Positions 33,192 through 42,911 of a DNA stretch of 64,000 bases are shown here, piece after piece. Each line of letters opens with the position of its first letter. Position 1 is the stretch's first letter. The position numbers were made by a program, and so were the translations under genes. Under the pieces are notes generated by a model. It saw only the letters and a list, made by a program, of their open reading frames with translations, searched no databases and had not been told where the DNA came from. The stretch lies in IMG/VR virus record IMGVR_UViG_3300027963_000035, positions 187,266-251,265 of that record; one strand, 5' to 3'.

Positions 33192-33380
33192 TTATCCCGG
33201 TATTTCACTCTCTAATCTATACAGCATTTCAAACAAAGGATCAAAATTTCCTTCATTCACTAAATCAATAGGTTTTTTACCGTTAAAAGCTTTATTTGGG
33301 GTTTGCAACCAATCGTTTGCATATTCTTCCTTAACAATAGAAGATAGCCTTTCTTTGAATTCAGTAAATTTTTCGGTCAT
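33192..33380 (-). CDS. Antitoxin Xre/MbcA/ParS C-terminal-like domain protein
   Basis: ANDWLQTPNKAFNGKKPIDLV...LFEML; start placed at the ATG at 33380, downstream of the tRNA-like RNA. Confidence 0.7.
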   Translation of the reverse strand: MTEKFTEFKERLSSIVKEEYANDWLQTPNKAFNGKKPIDLVNEGNFDPLFEMLYRLESEIPG

Positions 33381-33399
33381 TGTTTTTTTCTTTGGCCAG

Positions 33400-33499
33400 G
33401 GCGAATGGGTGGAATCGAACCACCACAAGGGCATTTGTTTGCCTACTCTGCTGTCGCAGTTCGGAACTTCCCTCACGCTACCACTACGCTACATTCACC
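33400..33499 (-). tRNA. tRNA-His-like RNA or pseudogene with aberrant, expanded anticodon arm
   Basis: G-1:C73 plus GTGAATG/CATTCGC; D-arm GCGT-AGTGGTA-GCGT; T-arm GGTGG-TTCGATT-CCACC. The anticodon loop is replaced by ~38 nt with no GTG. Confidence 0.6.
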
Positions 33500-33862
33500 A
33501 TGATGAGTATAATCAAAAATTTTATTTTGTAAAGATCTTCACTTCCTATTATACCTTTTAGTCATGTCAATATTTTTATAACTATCTTTAAGAAGACCTT
33601 CAAATATATCAAGTGAACATTCGTAAATTAATGGCGAAAGAGATAAAATAAAAAGTACAACCATTAATATCGATGCAACTTCTACACCAAATATAAAAAT
33701 ATTAAAAAAATATACTGGAAAAAGTAAAATCATGAATAACATAAAGAGTTTAGAAGATCTGTCTCTTCGACGCCATTTCATATTGCATCGAAAATTTTCG
33801 TTTTCTTCGATTAAACGGTCTAATTCAGGAACGTCACTCATTTTTTGCTCCAAGCTCCATTA

Positions 33863-33974
33863 TTTGGCCGTTATTTTGGCCACTTTCCCGAGCGGGAAAT
33901 TTTCTAGTATTTTGGCTTAAAATTACCATAAATGTACCGAGCGGGAAAATTCACTTTGGCCGTTATTTTGGCCA
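33863..33974. repeat. Intergenic direct repeats
   Basis: TTTGGCCGTTATTTTGGCCAC x2 and CCGAGCGGGAAA x2. Confidence 0.7.
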
Positions 33975-35669
33975 CATCTATGAGGTTTTTAATGTTTTTC
34001 CCATTGTTCTCTCGTCCAATTGATATCGTATTTATATTTATGCTTCTTAGCTAGATCTAGGAAATCTTTTATACATACAAATAAATTATAGTGATCACTA
34101 GAGTTAACTTGACCCCATAGAGGCAAACCAAAGCATTTTGAACTACAGATATCTTTTATTTCTTTTATTTTAAATATGTTACAAACAATATAAATCAATT
34201 CAAAATTGCTTTCGTAATAAAATTTTTCTAGGGCACCGGTTTTTTTTATTTTGTTAAATTCTTTGAATCTTTTAGCATACTCTAACCTATTTTGCGGCAA
34301 AGAAGAGTCAGCAGAAATATTACAAACTCTTTTGCACAAAACATGGTTTCTATACTCACTGTTTTTGGAAATTTCTTTCCAAGAATCTTCACCAAATAAA
34401 GAAGGTAGTTCGGATTCTTTGACTCCAAAATAAAAAACCAAAGGTAAATGATTTTTTATTTTAACCTGCTTTAATAGATCTACTGTCTCACTGAGTCTAT
34501 GAACTTTATCGGCGCTTGGTTTTCTTTTTAAATTAAAACAAAACTTTGTAAAAAGATATGGGTCTACAACCCAAATCTCCTTCATTTTTGAATTTATGAT
34601 TTTTCTAGCGGTAGAGGCGGTTATTCCATATTCTTCTTTAAAAGAACTGTAATTATTTTTTATTAAGTAGGCACGATGTACTTTTGATAAAACATCTTTT
34701 TCAACAAAAGAAAAGAGAGGATTTTTAGATTTAAATTCTTCTTCAGTTAATTGCTTTTCATGCCAAGGCCGAGAAAGTGATTGAAGCACTAGTTTTGTGC
34801 TAAAGTAGAAAAAAGTATCCCATTTGCGAATAACTTTATTTTTATGAATAGCAACCACAGATTTACCTTCTGTGGTGATTTTGATTTTTTCATCCATGTT
34901 ATTCCTCTAAAGTAATGTGTTTAGGCCTATTGTTTCACTTAATTCTTTTCCGTTGCCATCAACAAACTTACAGATTTTATATTTCATTAGTTACTATCCT
35001 TTCTCCAAAAAAGAAATTAAATACAATATTGAAACGAATGTTGTTCCTTCAACTATAGGAAATAGTGCAAAATAAATGGGGTATTTATTATTAACAAACA
35101 AAGACATTATTCCACAAACTAAACAAACTACTGGAAAACTTAAAAACAAAAATGATACTATATGATTCGATATTTTTTCATTTTTTCGCCCAATGTTAAA
35201 TCTTAATGATCTTCTTATTGTTTGCTCCATACAAAAACCCAAATTATATTCATCAAAACTATTGGAAGTGTAAATATTGATGCAAATAGTCCTGCAACTA
35301 CGATAGATCCAAAACCATCAAAATCATTATGAACCTCGGGATTACATCCCTCTAATATGCAAAAAATTCCAAAAAACCAAGATATTAATAACGCAAGTTC
35401 CATTCCATACATAGGCATAATTGGAGGAAAATCAACATTTGTTGGTTTTGTTAACAAGCAAAACAAACAAAACCCAATATATATTAACAAAAAACCCCAT
35501 ACAATTTTTTTCATTTTTTATCCAACTGTTCAGCAAACTCCCAAGGAACATGATACTTATTATATAAGTCTACTACTCTCTTTGGAATGTATCCTTCATC
35601 TTCGCCGTATGCTTTTATTATCTCATGTAACGCTTCAATAATTTCGTCTTTATTCATAATTAAAACTTT

Positions 35670-36269
35670 TTATTCAATCCAATTATTTTCAATAATTTCA
35701 TAAATTAAATCTTTTTGCTTGTCAGTAAACTTCCATCTTATATTAACATTTTTATCTGCCCAATCTTTGGGATTGCTACCTTTTTCTTTTGACATAGCCA
35801 TCCAATCTGCACACATTTCTGCAACATCAATGTCTGGCATCTTTGTTGCATCTACTATTTCTTTGGGTGGCTTATCACGGTTTTCTCTGTTAATTAACCC
35901 TGTTTTTGTTGGGCCATGATATTCAGGATGATGCGAATTGGTTGTTATATGATGTAAAGTAGCCTCTGACATTTTATCTAAAATTTCTTGAGGCACTTTA
36001 AATTCTTTATTATCATCTTTGCACTTGTATTGCCAAGAAATGAAAAGATAAGGAGTATATTCTGGTTCTTCAAATTTACTATCATCATGAACCTTTTTTC
36101 GTTCTTTTAGCTCAGAAAACCTATTTGGATCATACTCTGCAATTTTATTGCAAAATTTTCCTACTAAATCTATATGGTATTTTGTTCGTTTATCAAAATG
36201 ATCTTTCATTTCCTGTGTAATCATCTGATTATTTTTATTTTTATCCAACCATTCGTTGAAATTTTTCAT
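35670..36269 (-). CDS. DUF5662-like (HD-related) protein
   Basis: HIDLV...HDDSKF...HHITTNSHHPEYH...EMCADWMA. Confidence 0.7.
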   Translation of the reverse strand: MKNFNEWLDKNKNNQMITQEMKDHFDKRTKYHIDLVGKFCNKIAEYDPNRFSELKERKKVHDDSKFEEPEYTPYLFISWQYKCKDDNKEFKVPQEILDKMSEATLHHITTNSHHPEYHGPTKTGLINRENRDKPPKEIVDATKMPDIDVAEMCADWMAMSKEKGSNPKDWADKNVNIRWKFTDKQKDLIYEIIENNWIE

Positions 36270-36456
36270 TTTTATTTCCTATTTCATTTATAAGTTATAC
36301 GTTTATAGTCTGACATCAGAAACAACTTCATAGGTAGTATGACAAAGTTTCTTTGCTTCTGCAAGTTCTTTTACAATTTCCTTTGAGCGATTATGCCAAT
36401 AGGTCACATTATTTTTTGCAACATCGGCATTTTCATAACGAATAGCATGACAGTTT

Positions 36457-36582
36457 CTCCACAACCAGAAAAATAAAGGATCTTTTTGTTGAACAAAACT
36501 CCACAACCAGAAAAATAAAGGATCTTTTTGTTGAACAAAACTCCACAACCAGAAAAATAAAGGATATTTTTGTTGAACAAAA
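36457..36582. repeat. 42-bp in-frame tandem repeat x3 within ORF 36303-36875
   Basis: CTCCACAACCAGAAAAATAAAGGATCTTTTTGTTGAACAAAA; encodes FVQQKDPLFFWLWS. Confidence 0.9.
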
Positions 36583-37544
36583 AATCCACGAAATTCTCCA
36601 TTGCTGTAGTACTGCTCGACAACTCTAAATTTGATTTTTTTATAAACTTCTACAACCCTATTTTTAAAGGGTTTAAATATATATTCATTTTTTTGAGCTT
36701 CATCAAGAGTAATAGGATAGAAATGACAATCTTTATACAGCCAAAAAAATAATGGATTTTGTTTTTGGATAAAATATCCAGTAGATCCAGAGGGATAAAT
36801 TCTTTTAATAATTCTAGTGCGATTGAACATTTTATTTACCTCTTGTAATATGTTGTTTAGTGGTTTAATTTTCATTTTTTTAATATCTCTTTTTTATAAT
36901 ATTCTAGGTATTCAATAGCCCAAATATCTTCTTGCTTCCACCTGTCGATGTCCGTTTCTTTAGACCAATTTTTATATTCATCTGAGTCGTAGTTTTTATT
37001 TTTTAATATATCAATAGCCTGTTCTATTGTTGAGTTCTTAGAAAATGCACTCATGATCTTACGTGCCGTTCCTCCCCAATGTTTTAAGTTGGGTGTGCTA
37101 TCTATTCCAAGATGTTCTTCCGCATAGCATTTTGCACAAGTTTGAGGCTCATAAACACAATCTCCACAATGACTACTTTGTAGTTCTTCTATAAAATATT
37201 TTATAGATTCTTCGTCGTATTTTGTTTCGATAAATTTTTCAGAGATATCACGTAATTTATTTTGGATATTATCTAAATTAGTTTCTTTTTTTTCTCTTAT
37301 ATCAAATTCAATCCAAGAAACACTTTCTCCAATCATGTCCCATTTGTATTTCCAAAACAATAACTGTTTTTCAGTATCGTCAAGAAATACTTTACTTGCT
37401 AATGGGTTTTCATTATATTCTATTTTCATTTTCTAATTTCTCAAGCCTTTTGTAAATTTTTTTAAATCTAAAGGCAGTTGCCCAAGAATCTATGTAAAGG
37501 TAAGCAATTATCATTATATAAAAATATTTAAATGATTCAATCAT

Positions 37545-37895
37545 TTAAATAAATAGGGAAAGATCAATTCCCTTGTCTCTTTCTAAATTATGAGCATAAG
37601 CAGTTAAAGTACCGTCTGGCTTTTTGTCATTAATTAAAATTCTTGAGCCTGTAGGAATTCCGCAAACAATTAGATCAAATTTAAGGTTGTGATATTGAAG
37701 AAATTTTTCTATTCTTTCTTTGTCTTCACAAGTTCGTGCAGTGGTAATAATTACAAAATCTTCTTCTTTTACTATTTCTTCAAAGAAAGATTTTGTAGTT
37801 GAAAGAATAAAGTCTTCTGAACTCATGTGGCTTTTTTGAGTCACAAGAGTGCCATCAAAATCTATGAACCATGTTTTAGGTTGATTTTTAGTCAT
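37545..37895 (-). CDS. Small HAD-like hydrolase
   Basis: WFIDFDGTL, ITTAR, RILINDKKP. Confidence 0.7.
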   Translation of the reverse strand: MTKNQPKTWFIDFDGTLVTQKSHMSSEDFILSTTKSFFEEIVKEEDFVIITTARTCEDKERIEKFLQYHNLKFDLIVCGIPTGSRILINDKKPDGTLTAYAHNLERDKGIDLSLFI

Positions 37896-39691
37896 TATAA
37901 TTCCAACATTCTACTTTTTTAATTTGATTTGATTTATCAAACCATTTATCTCCTTCAATGTATTTGTTTGCTTCTTCTACATTAGAAAGTTTAAGAATAA
38001 CTCTATAAGAACGTAGTCCAATTTTTTCAAATGTATCCAAATAACGCCAAAATAACCACCCCTTTTTCTTGACTTGATACCATTCTTTTCCGTTACCATC
38101 AACAAATTTACAAATTTTGTATTTAGTCACTTTTCTACCCAGGGTCTTGCGAGTAATAAGCCGGTGTTCGATCATCTTGCAGAAAATCGTATTGCGATGC
38201 AATTACAGCAAAATATATCCCTAATGAGCCGTTTTTTGATCTTCTTCCTTCACAACATCCATAAATATTTTTTTCTAAATCATTGTAAAAATTATACCTC
38301 AGTGATTGATCTACAAAATATTTCATTTCTTCTATAATGTTTGATTTATGATGATCCATCTTACAAAATGGAATGTAAATATTTAATTTTTTTGCTCTTT
38401 CTAGCATTTCAGACTTAGAAATAACACACAAATTTTTTCCTTTGTATATTGTCTGGTGTTCTTTAGTTCTTAAATATGCACCGTATGAATTTTTAAAAAC
38501 TAAAATTCCAGCCATTGTTGGCAACAAAGATTTAATAAGACTTCTTCTGTTCATTTCTTTTCTCCTTGGTTGTTTTTTTCCATCTCAGAGTTTACTTCAC
38601 CCTTCAGCATAACTAAATCCAATCTAATATTTTTTACATCTTCACTTATTTTGTATGAAATAAAAGTCATTATGAATGCCAACATCATAATGATAATCGT
38701 GATAAATAAAATAATTGCTTTAAGTAATTTATCGTTTTCGTTCATTTCTTGTCTCCGTATATAAATTTCCACTCTGATAAGTCTGTATCAACACCAGCAG
38801 CATCCCTAATACCATAAATGGTCTTGGGATCATGGTCGTATTTATGATTACGAATTTCTTTGGTTATTCTGAAGTTCATAATAGGTTGTGTTCTTTAAGA
38901 GTTTGATATAAATTTTTTACTTCTTTTTCGTCCAGCCTTATTTCGCTGGGGTCAGTATTGTTATAACTAAATACTCTGACCAAGTAAGGTTTATTTTTCA
39001 AAAACTCATTATAATGAATCTCAACAATATCATATTCAAGATTCAGAGTTCTTACTAGAGTTTGCATTTAAAACTCTTAGCGATATGCCGCTCATTGAAC
39101 ATTGTATATGTCAAATGGGCCAAAGAATCCTCTTTCTATGATTTGATTGACAAACAATTTAATATCCTCAATAGAAGGGTTTCCTGTTTCATTTTCAACT
39201 TCTATTGTTATTAGAGTTTTCATAATTTTTCTTATATTAAAACCTAATCACTTTATAATCATTACCAACTTTACAGTTTATACTTCCATGCAAACCTGGG
39301 AGGATGATATTAGCAATGATTAACTCTGCCCCAATTACTTTATTCTTACTGTAGACTTCTTGGGCTATTTTAACATCTTCTAAAGAGGCAGGACGAGATC
39401 CTCTTTCATTAAAGTCTTTGATAACCTTAGTTCTATTCTCATCATTAGAACTTGAGCAATCGTCTAAGATTTTTTCTTCTTCTTCTGAAAACTTTGGAGA
39501 AAGTCTTTCAATCCATTTATCATCTATCAAACAAAGGCATCGTGTCATTTTCCCTCCTTGGAAAAATGTTAGTGGGTGCTAATAGCATACCAGAAATTTT
39601 TGTTTCGTCAATAGAAAGTTACATCATGATTGAATTTATTTATAAAATTATGGTTCAATGCATATATATAAATATATTAAAGGTTCAAGTC

Positions 39692-40258
39692 ATGAAAGTA
39701 AAAGATAAAATATTAGAATTAAGGGCATTGGGATATTCATATAAAAAAATCCAAGATGAGATCAAGTGCTCAAAAGGAACAATATCGTATCATTGTGGTG
39801 AAGGTCAAAAAGAAAAATACGCCAAAAGACGTAAATCAAACAGATCTAAACAGCATCCTTTGATTCGCAAGATTGAAAATTTTATTTATGATAAATACTA
39901 CAAACCTGTTCCGAAGAATAGGCATATTCATACATTGCACAAAAACCTGAAGATAAGGATAGAAGGATTCTCTAGAGTTAACAAGGAGTATGCTGGCATG
40001 GAATTTACAATTAAAGATTTTTTAGATAAGGTTGGAGATAATCCAACATGCTCATTAACTGGAAAACCAATTGATTTAATGAAACCTAGAACATATCAAT
40101 TGGATCATATAATCCCAAGATCTAAGGGGGGAGAAAATACTCTAAATAACTGTCAGCTTGTTCTCAAGGAAGTCAATTTAGCAAAACATACTTTAAGCTC
40201 AGAAGAGTTTGTTAAATTATGCAGAGAAGTTGTTGATTATCACGATAGAAAAAACTAA
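39692..40258 (+). CDS. Free-standing HNH endonuclease with N-terminal HTH
   Basis: ILELRALGYSYKKIQ...CSKGTISYH; CSLTG...QLDHIIPRSKGGENTLNNCQLV...VNLAK. Confidence 0.9.
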   Translation: MKVKDKILELRALGYSYKKIQDEIKCSKGTISYHCGEGQKEKYAKRRKSNRSKQHPLIRKIENFIYDKYYKPVPKNRHIHTLHKNLKIRIEGFSRVNKEYAGMEFTIKDFLDKVGDNPTCSLTGKPIDLMKPRTYQLDHIIPRSKGGENTLNNCQLVLKEVNLAKHTLSSEEFVKLCREVVDYHDRKN

Positions 40259-40297
40259 TCAAAGTTTGTAGCTCTTTATATTCAAACCAGCTTGTAG

Positions 40298-40438
40298 CTC
40301 CGTGACTTGGATTTGAACCAAGAACCATTCGATTAATCCACTGTTTGGGCATTGAACCCAACATAAATTGCCAGCTTTTTTGAGCTTCAATTCAGTGGCT
40401 TTTTACAGTCGAACACTCTACCGTTGAGTTATCACGGA
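40298..40438 (-). tRNA. tRNA-Asn(GTT) with a 69-nt structured insertion in the anticodon
   Basis: Acceptor TCCGTGA/TCACGGA plus G73; TTCGA-CTGT[insert 40336-40404]TAA-TCGAA; T-arm CTTGG-TTCAAAT-CCAAG. Confidence 0.75.
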
Positions 40439-40503
40439 ATAATTAGCACAAAATATTAATAGTAAATACTTTGCACTTTTCTAAACAAAACAAAAAAACA
40501 AAA

Positions 40504-40780
40504 TGACCCAGCCAAGGATCGAACTTGGAACCTACAGCTTAGCGGTACCACTATAGTTTTCACTACCATTACTGTTTGTGGTCTGGACTTTATCTTCACC
40601 ATTGTCTTTCAACTTTAGGTGTCGCCTGTTAAGTCTCTACACCTTCCTAATTGCTTAGGCTTGGCTCGGTATTAGCAGTTAAGCCTTCACCGAATTTAAG
40701 CGATTCTACATTAAAGATTTCTCTCTAAGCACTCCTATTTCACGAAGGCTGTTGCTCTTATCCAATTGAGCTACTGGGCC
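40504..40780 (-). tRNA. tRNA-Arg(TCT) interrupted by a group I intron after U34
   Basis: Acceptor GGCCCAG/CTGGGTC plus A; ACAGC-CTT^CTAA-GCTGT; A20-type D-loop. Confidence 0.85.
40543..40744 (-). ncRNA. Group I intron, 202 nt, close relative of the tRNA-Leu intron
   Basis: IGS TAG-GAG; terminal G; shares long identical blocks with 26215-26416, e.g. AAATTCGGTGAAGGCTTAACTGCTAATACCGAGCCAAGCCT and GGTAGTGAAAACTATAGTGGTA. Confidence 0.9.
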
Positions 40781-41603
40781 AAAAATCAACCTAAATCAAA
40801 CCAAAATCAACCTTTAAACCTTTATCCCCTTTTTTACAGTTTTAGGACTGGTTTTTTACTTGCATTTAAAATACAATTGGCAAATTGTACCAGTTCTTCA
40901 ACTGAATTTCCACAGGGGTTTGCATTTGATGAACCAACGACTTCTTCATTATCATTATAGTAAACTTCTTGAATAATGAAATAGTCTTGCATTTCACCAA
41001 TATTTACTACTCGGTAATCAGAGTTCACATTAACCTCCTTGATCTGCTGTTTCCTTGTATTTATTTTTCATTTCATCCGTGACTTGAAACTTTTCCAACT
41101 TCTCAAGAAAACCTAATTTTTCTTCGTTGGTTAATGGCTGATCAATTTTATTTTTACCAAGGTCGGTGCTATAGTATGGCGTTAATGGCTTTGCGATTTC
41201 AAAGCAATTGAAAATAACTTCTGGCAAGTCCTTTGGATTCTTAACTAGCCTTTCAAGATTATTCTTGATCTTGAAAAGAGCAGAACTAAGATATGCCTTG
41301 TGATCTAGTTGATTGATATAAATTTCTTTATTTGCTTCAAATAGGCTATTCAACTTGAGAATAGTCTCTTTGATTTCCTTATCGTTATCAATGTAGGACA
41401 TTTTTTGTTTTCTTTAAAATATTAATTTCGTCGGAGATTCTTCTAAATGCTTCTTTTACACTCTTGAAAAGCAGAACCTTATCTTCTGTTTTGCTATAAA
41501 GTTCGTATTCTTCATCTTTTTTTTTAATGATGAAGCCGTTATTGGTTGCGAACTTACTCAAGTCCTCAGAATTTAATTCTCTCATATTTTTTTATAATAA
41601 AAA

Positions 41604-41704
41604 ACCCCCTTGCTCGGAGTCTCGGCATATCTGGTTGTGCAGGAGAACCGTGATATGCTACGTTGACCGTGCGGGTTGAACACGGGAGACACGAGCAAGG
41701 GGGT
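41604..41704 (-). ncRNA. Candidate structured RNA (three-way junction, 13-bp closing stem)
   Basis: Read on +: ACCCCCTTGCTCG/CGAGCAAGGGGGT, GTCTC/GAGAC, GCATATC/GATATGC, CCGTG/CACGG. A T-run follows on the minus strand. Confidence 0.55.
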
Positions 41705-41718
41705 GGCGGGACAAGCAG

Positions 41719-42099
41719 TTACCGTACCGAAACGGAAGTACGGCTACGACTTCTCTTGATTACATTCCCATTGAGTCGCTTGCGACTAGTCTCAACGGTA
41801 TCCGTCGACTCTTTAACCTGCTGGCAGTTCTGGCAGGTTACGTTCTCGGTATGAGTGCGGGAACGGCTGAAAGCCCTTTCACGCTTGCAGCAACTATCAC
41901 AGTTGTTGATGCAACCATCATTACAACTATTGCAACTGTTGCAGCAATTAGCGATTACAACTGGCGTAGCAGTTGTAGAGGCAATGCTATCAGTCCTGAG
42001 AACCGAAACTGATGTATCGGTGCTATCAATACTTGTCTGGCCGGCATACGATCCAGCACAAACCACTAAACAAGAAACAAAACTAAGAAACTTAATCAT
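41719..42099 (-). CDS. Secreted Cys-rich protein
   Basis: Signal peptide MIKFLSFVSCLVVCAGSYAG; CCNSCNSCNDGCINNCDSCC. Confidence 0.6.
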   Translation of the reverse strand: MIKFLSFVSCLVVCAGSYAGQTSIDSTDTSVSVLRTDSIASTTATPVVIANCCNSCNSCNDGCINNCDSCCKRERAFSRSRTHTENVTCQNCQQVKESTDTVETSRKRLNGNVIKRSRSRTSVSVR

Positions 42100-42210
42100 A
42101 TCTACTCCTTTGGTTAAAAATCGTCCTCGAACAGTGAGCATTGTAGCAAAAAGAGAATCCGGGTCAAGAGAAAATTCTGGATTTTTTTGAATTAAAAGAT
42201 AGATAATATT

Positions 42211-42582
42211 ATGCTAGATCTTATTTTGGACAAAATAAATAAAAAATACCCATTCGCTAATGTTTCTGCATTTGAAGCAAAACATAACATCGAATTGGAG
42301 ACCATCAGAATACCAGAGGAAAAACAAAACTCTGGAGTTGGATCAGATATAATCAGAATGTTGCAGAGTTATGCAAAAGAAGTTGATAAGCCTATTGTGA
42401 TCAGACCAGAGGCAGATAAAGGCAAGAAAGAAGCTCTAAATAGATTCTACAAAAAATTAGGATTTGTAAAGAATAGTGGTCGTAATATGGATTATACTCT
42501 CAGTAGCCCAATGGCATCCACCATGTATTGGAGAGAGAGTTTTAAGAACTGGCTATTTAATATCGAAAATATAAGAGACTGA
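42211..42582 (+). CDS. GNAT-family acetyltransferase
   Basis: QNSGVGS motif A and LNRFYKKLGF motif B. Confidence 0.75.
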   Translation: MLDLILDKINKKYPFANVSAFEAKHNIELETIRIPEEKQNSGVGSDIIRMLQSYAKEVDKPIVIRPEADKGKKEALNRFYKKLGFVKNSGRNMDYTLSSPMASTMYWRESFKNWLFNIENIRD

Positions 42583-42911
42583 GCGGTTTGCCGGTCGTCT
42601 ACGATTTCCCGGAAAAAATTAGTTATTTGAAATTAAAAACAACACATAGAAAACAAAAGACTAGGTGAAAAGCTAGAAAAGCCAAGATTAGTCCAGATGC
42701 AATTAAAAACGGACTCACGAAATTGACATATTCGGCTATTTCTCTTACTCTTTTTTCAGTTGTTTTGCCCTGAACGGCTAAATAATTCAACTGGACATCG
42801 TTTATGTCCCCATTAACATATCTCATCGCCAGTTCGTATTCTTTTTCTGTGTAGGTCATCTCCCTATTATACAGAAAATAAAAACAGACTCAAATATCTA
42901 AATAAAGTATC

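Noticed and set aside
36457-36582. 42-bp repeats as a mini-CRISPR
   Set aside because: The copies are head-to-tail with no spacers and are in frame within a CDS.
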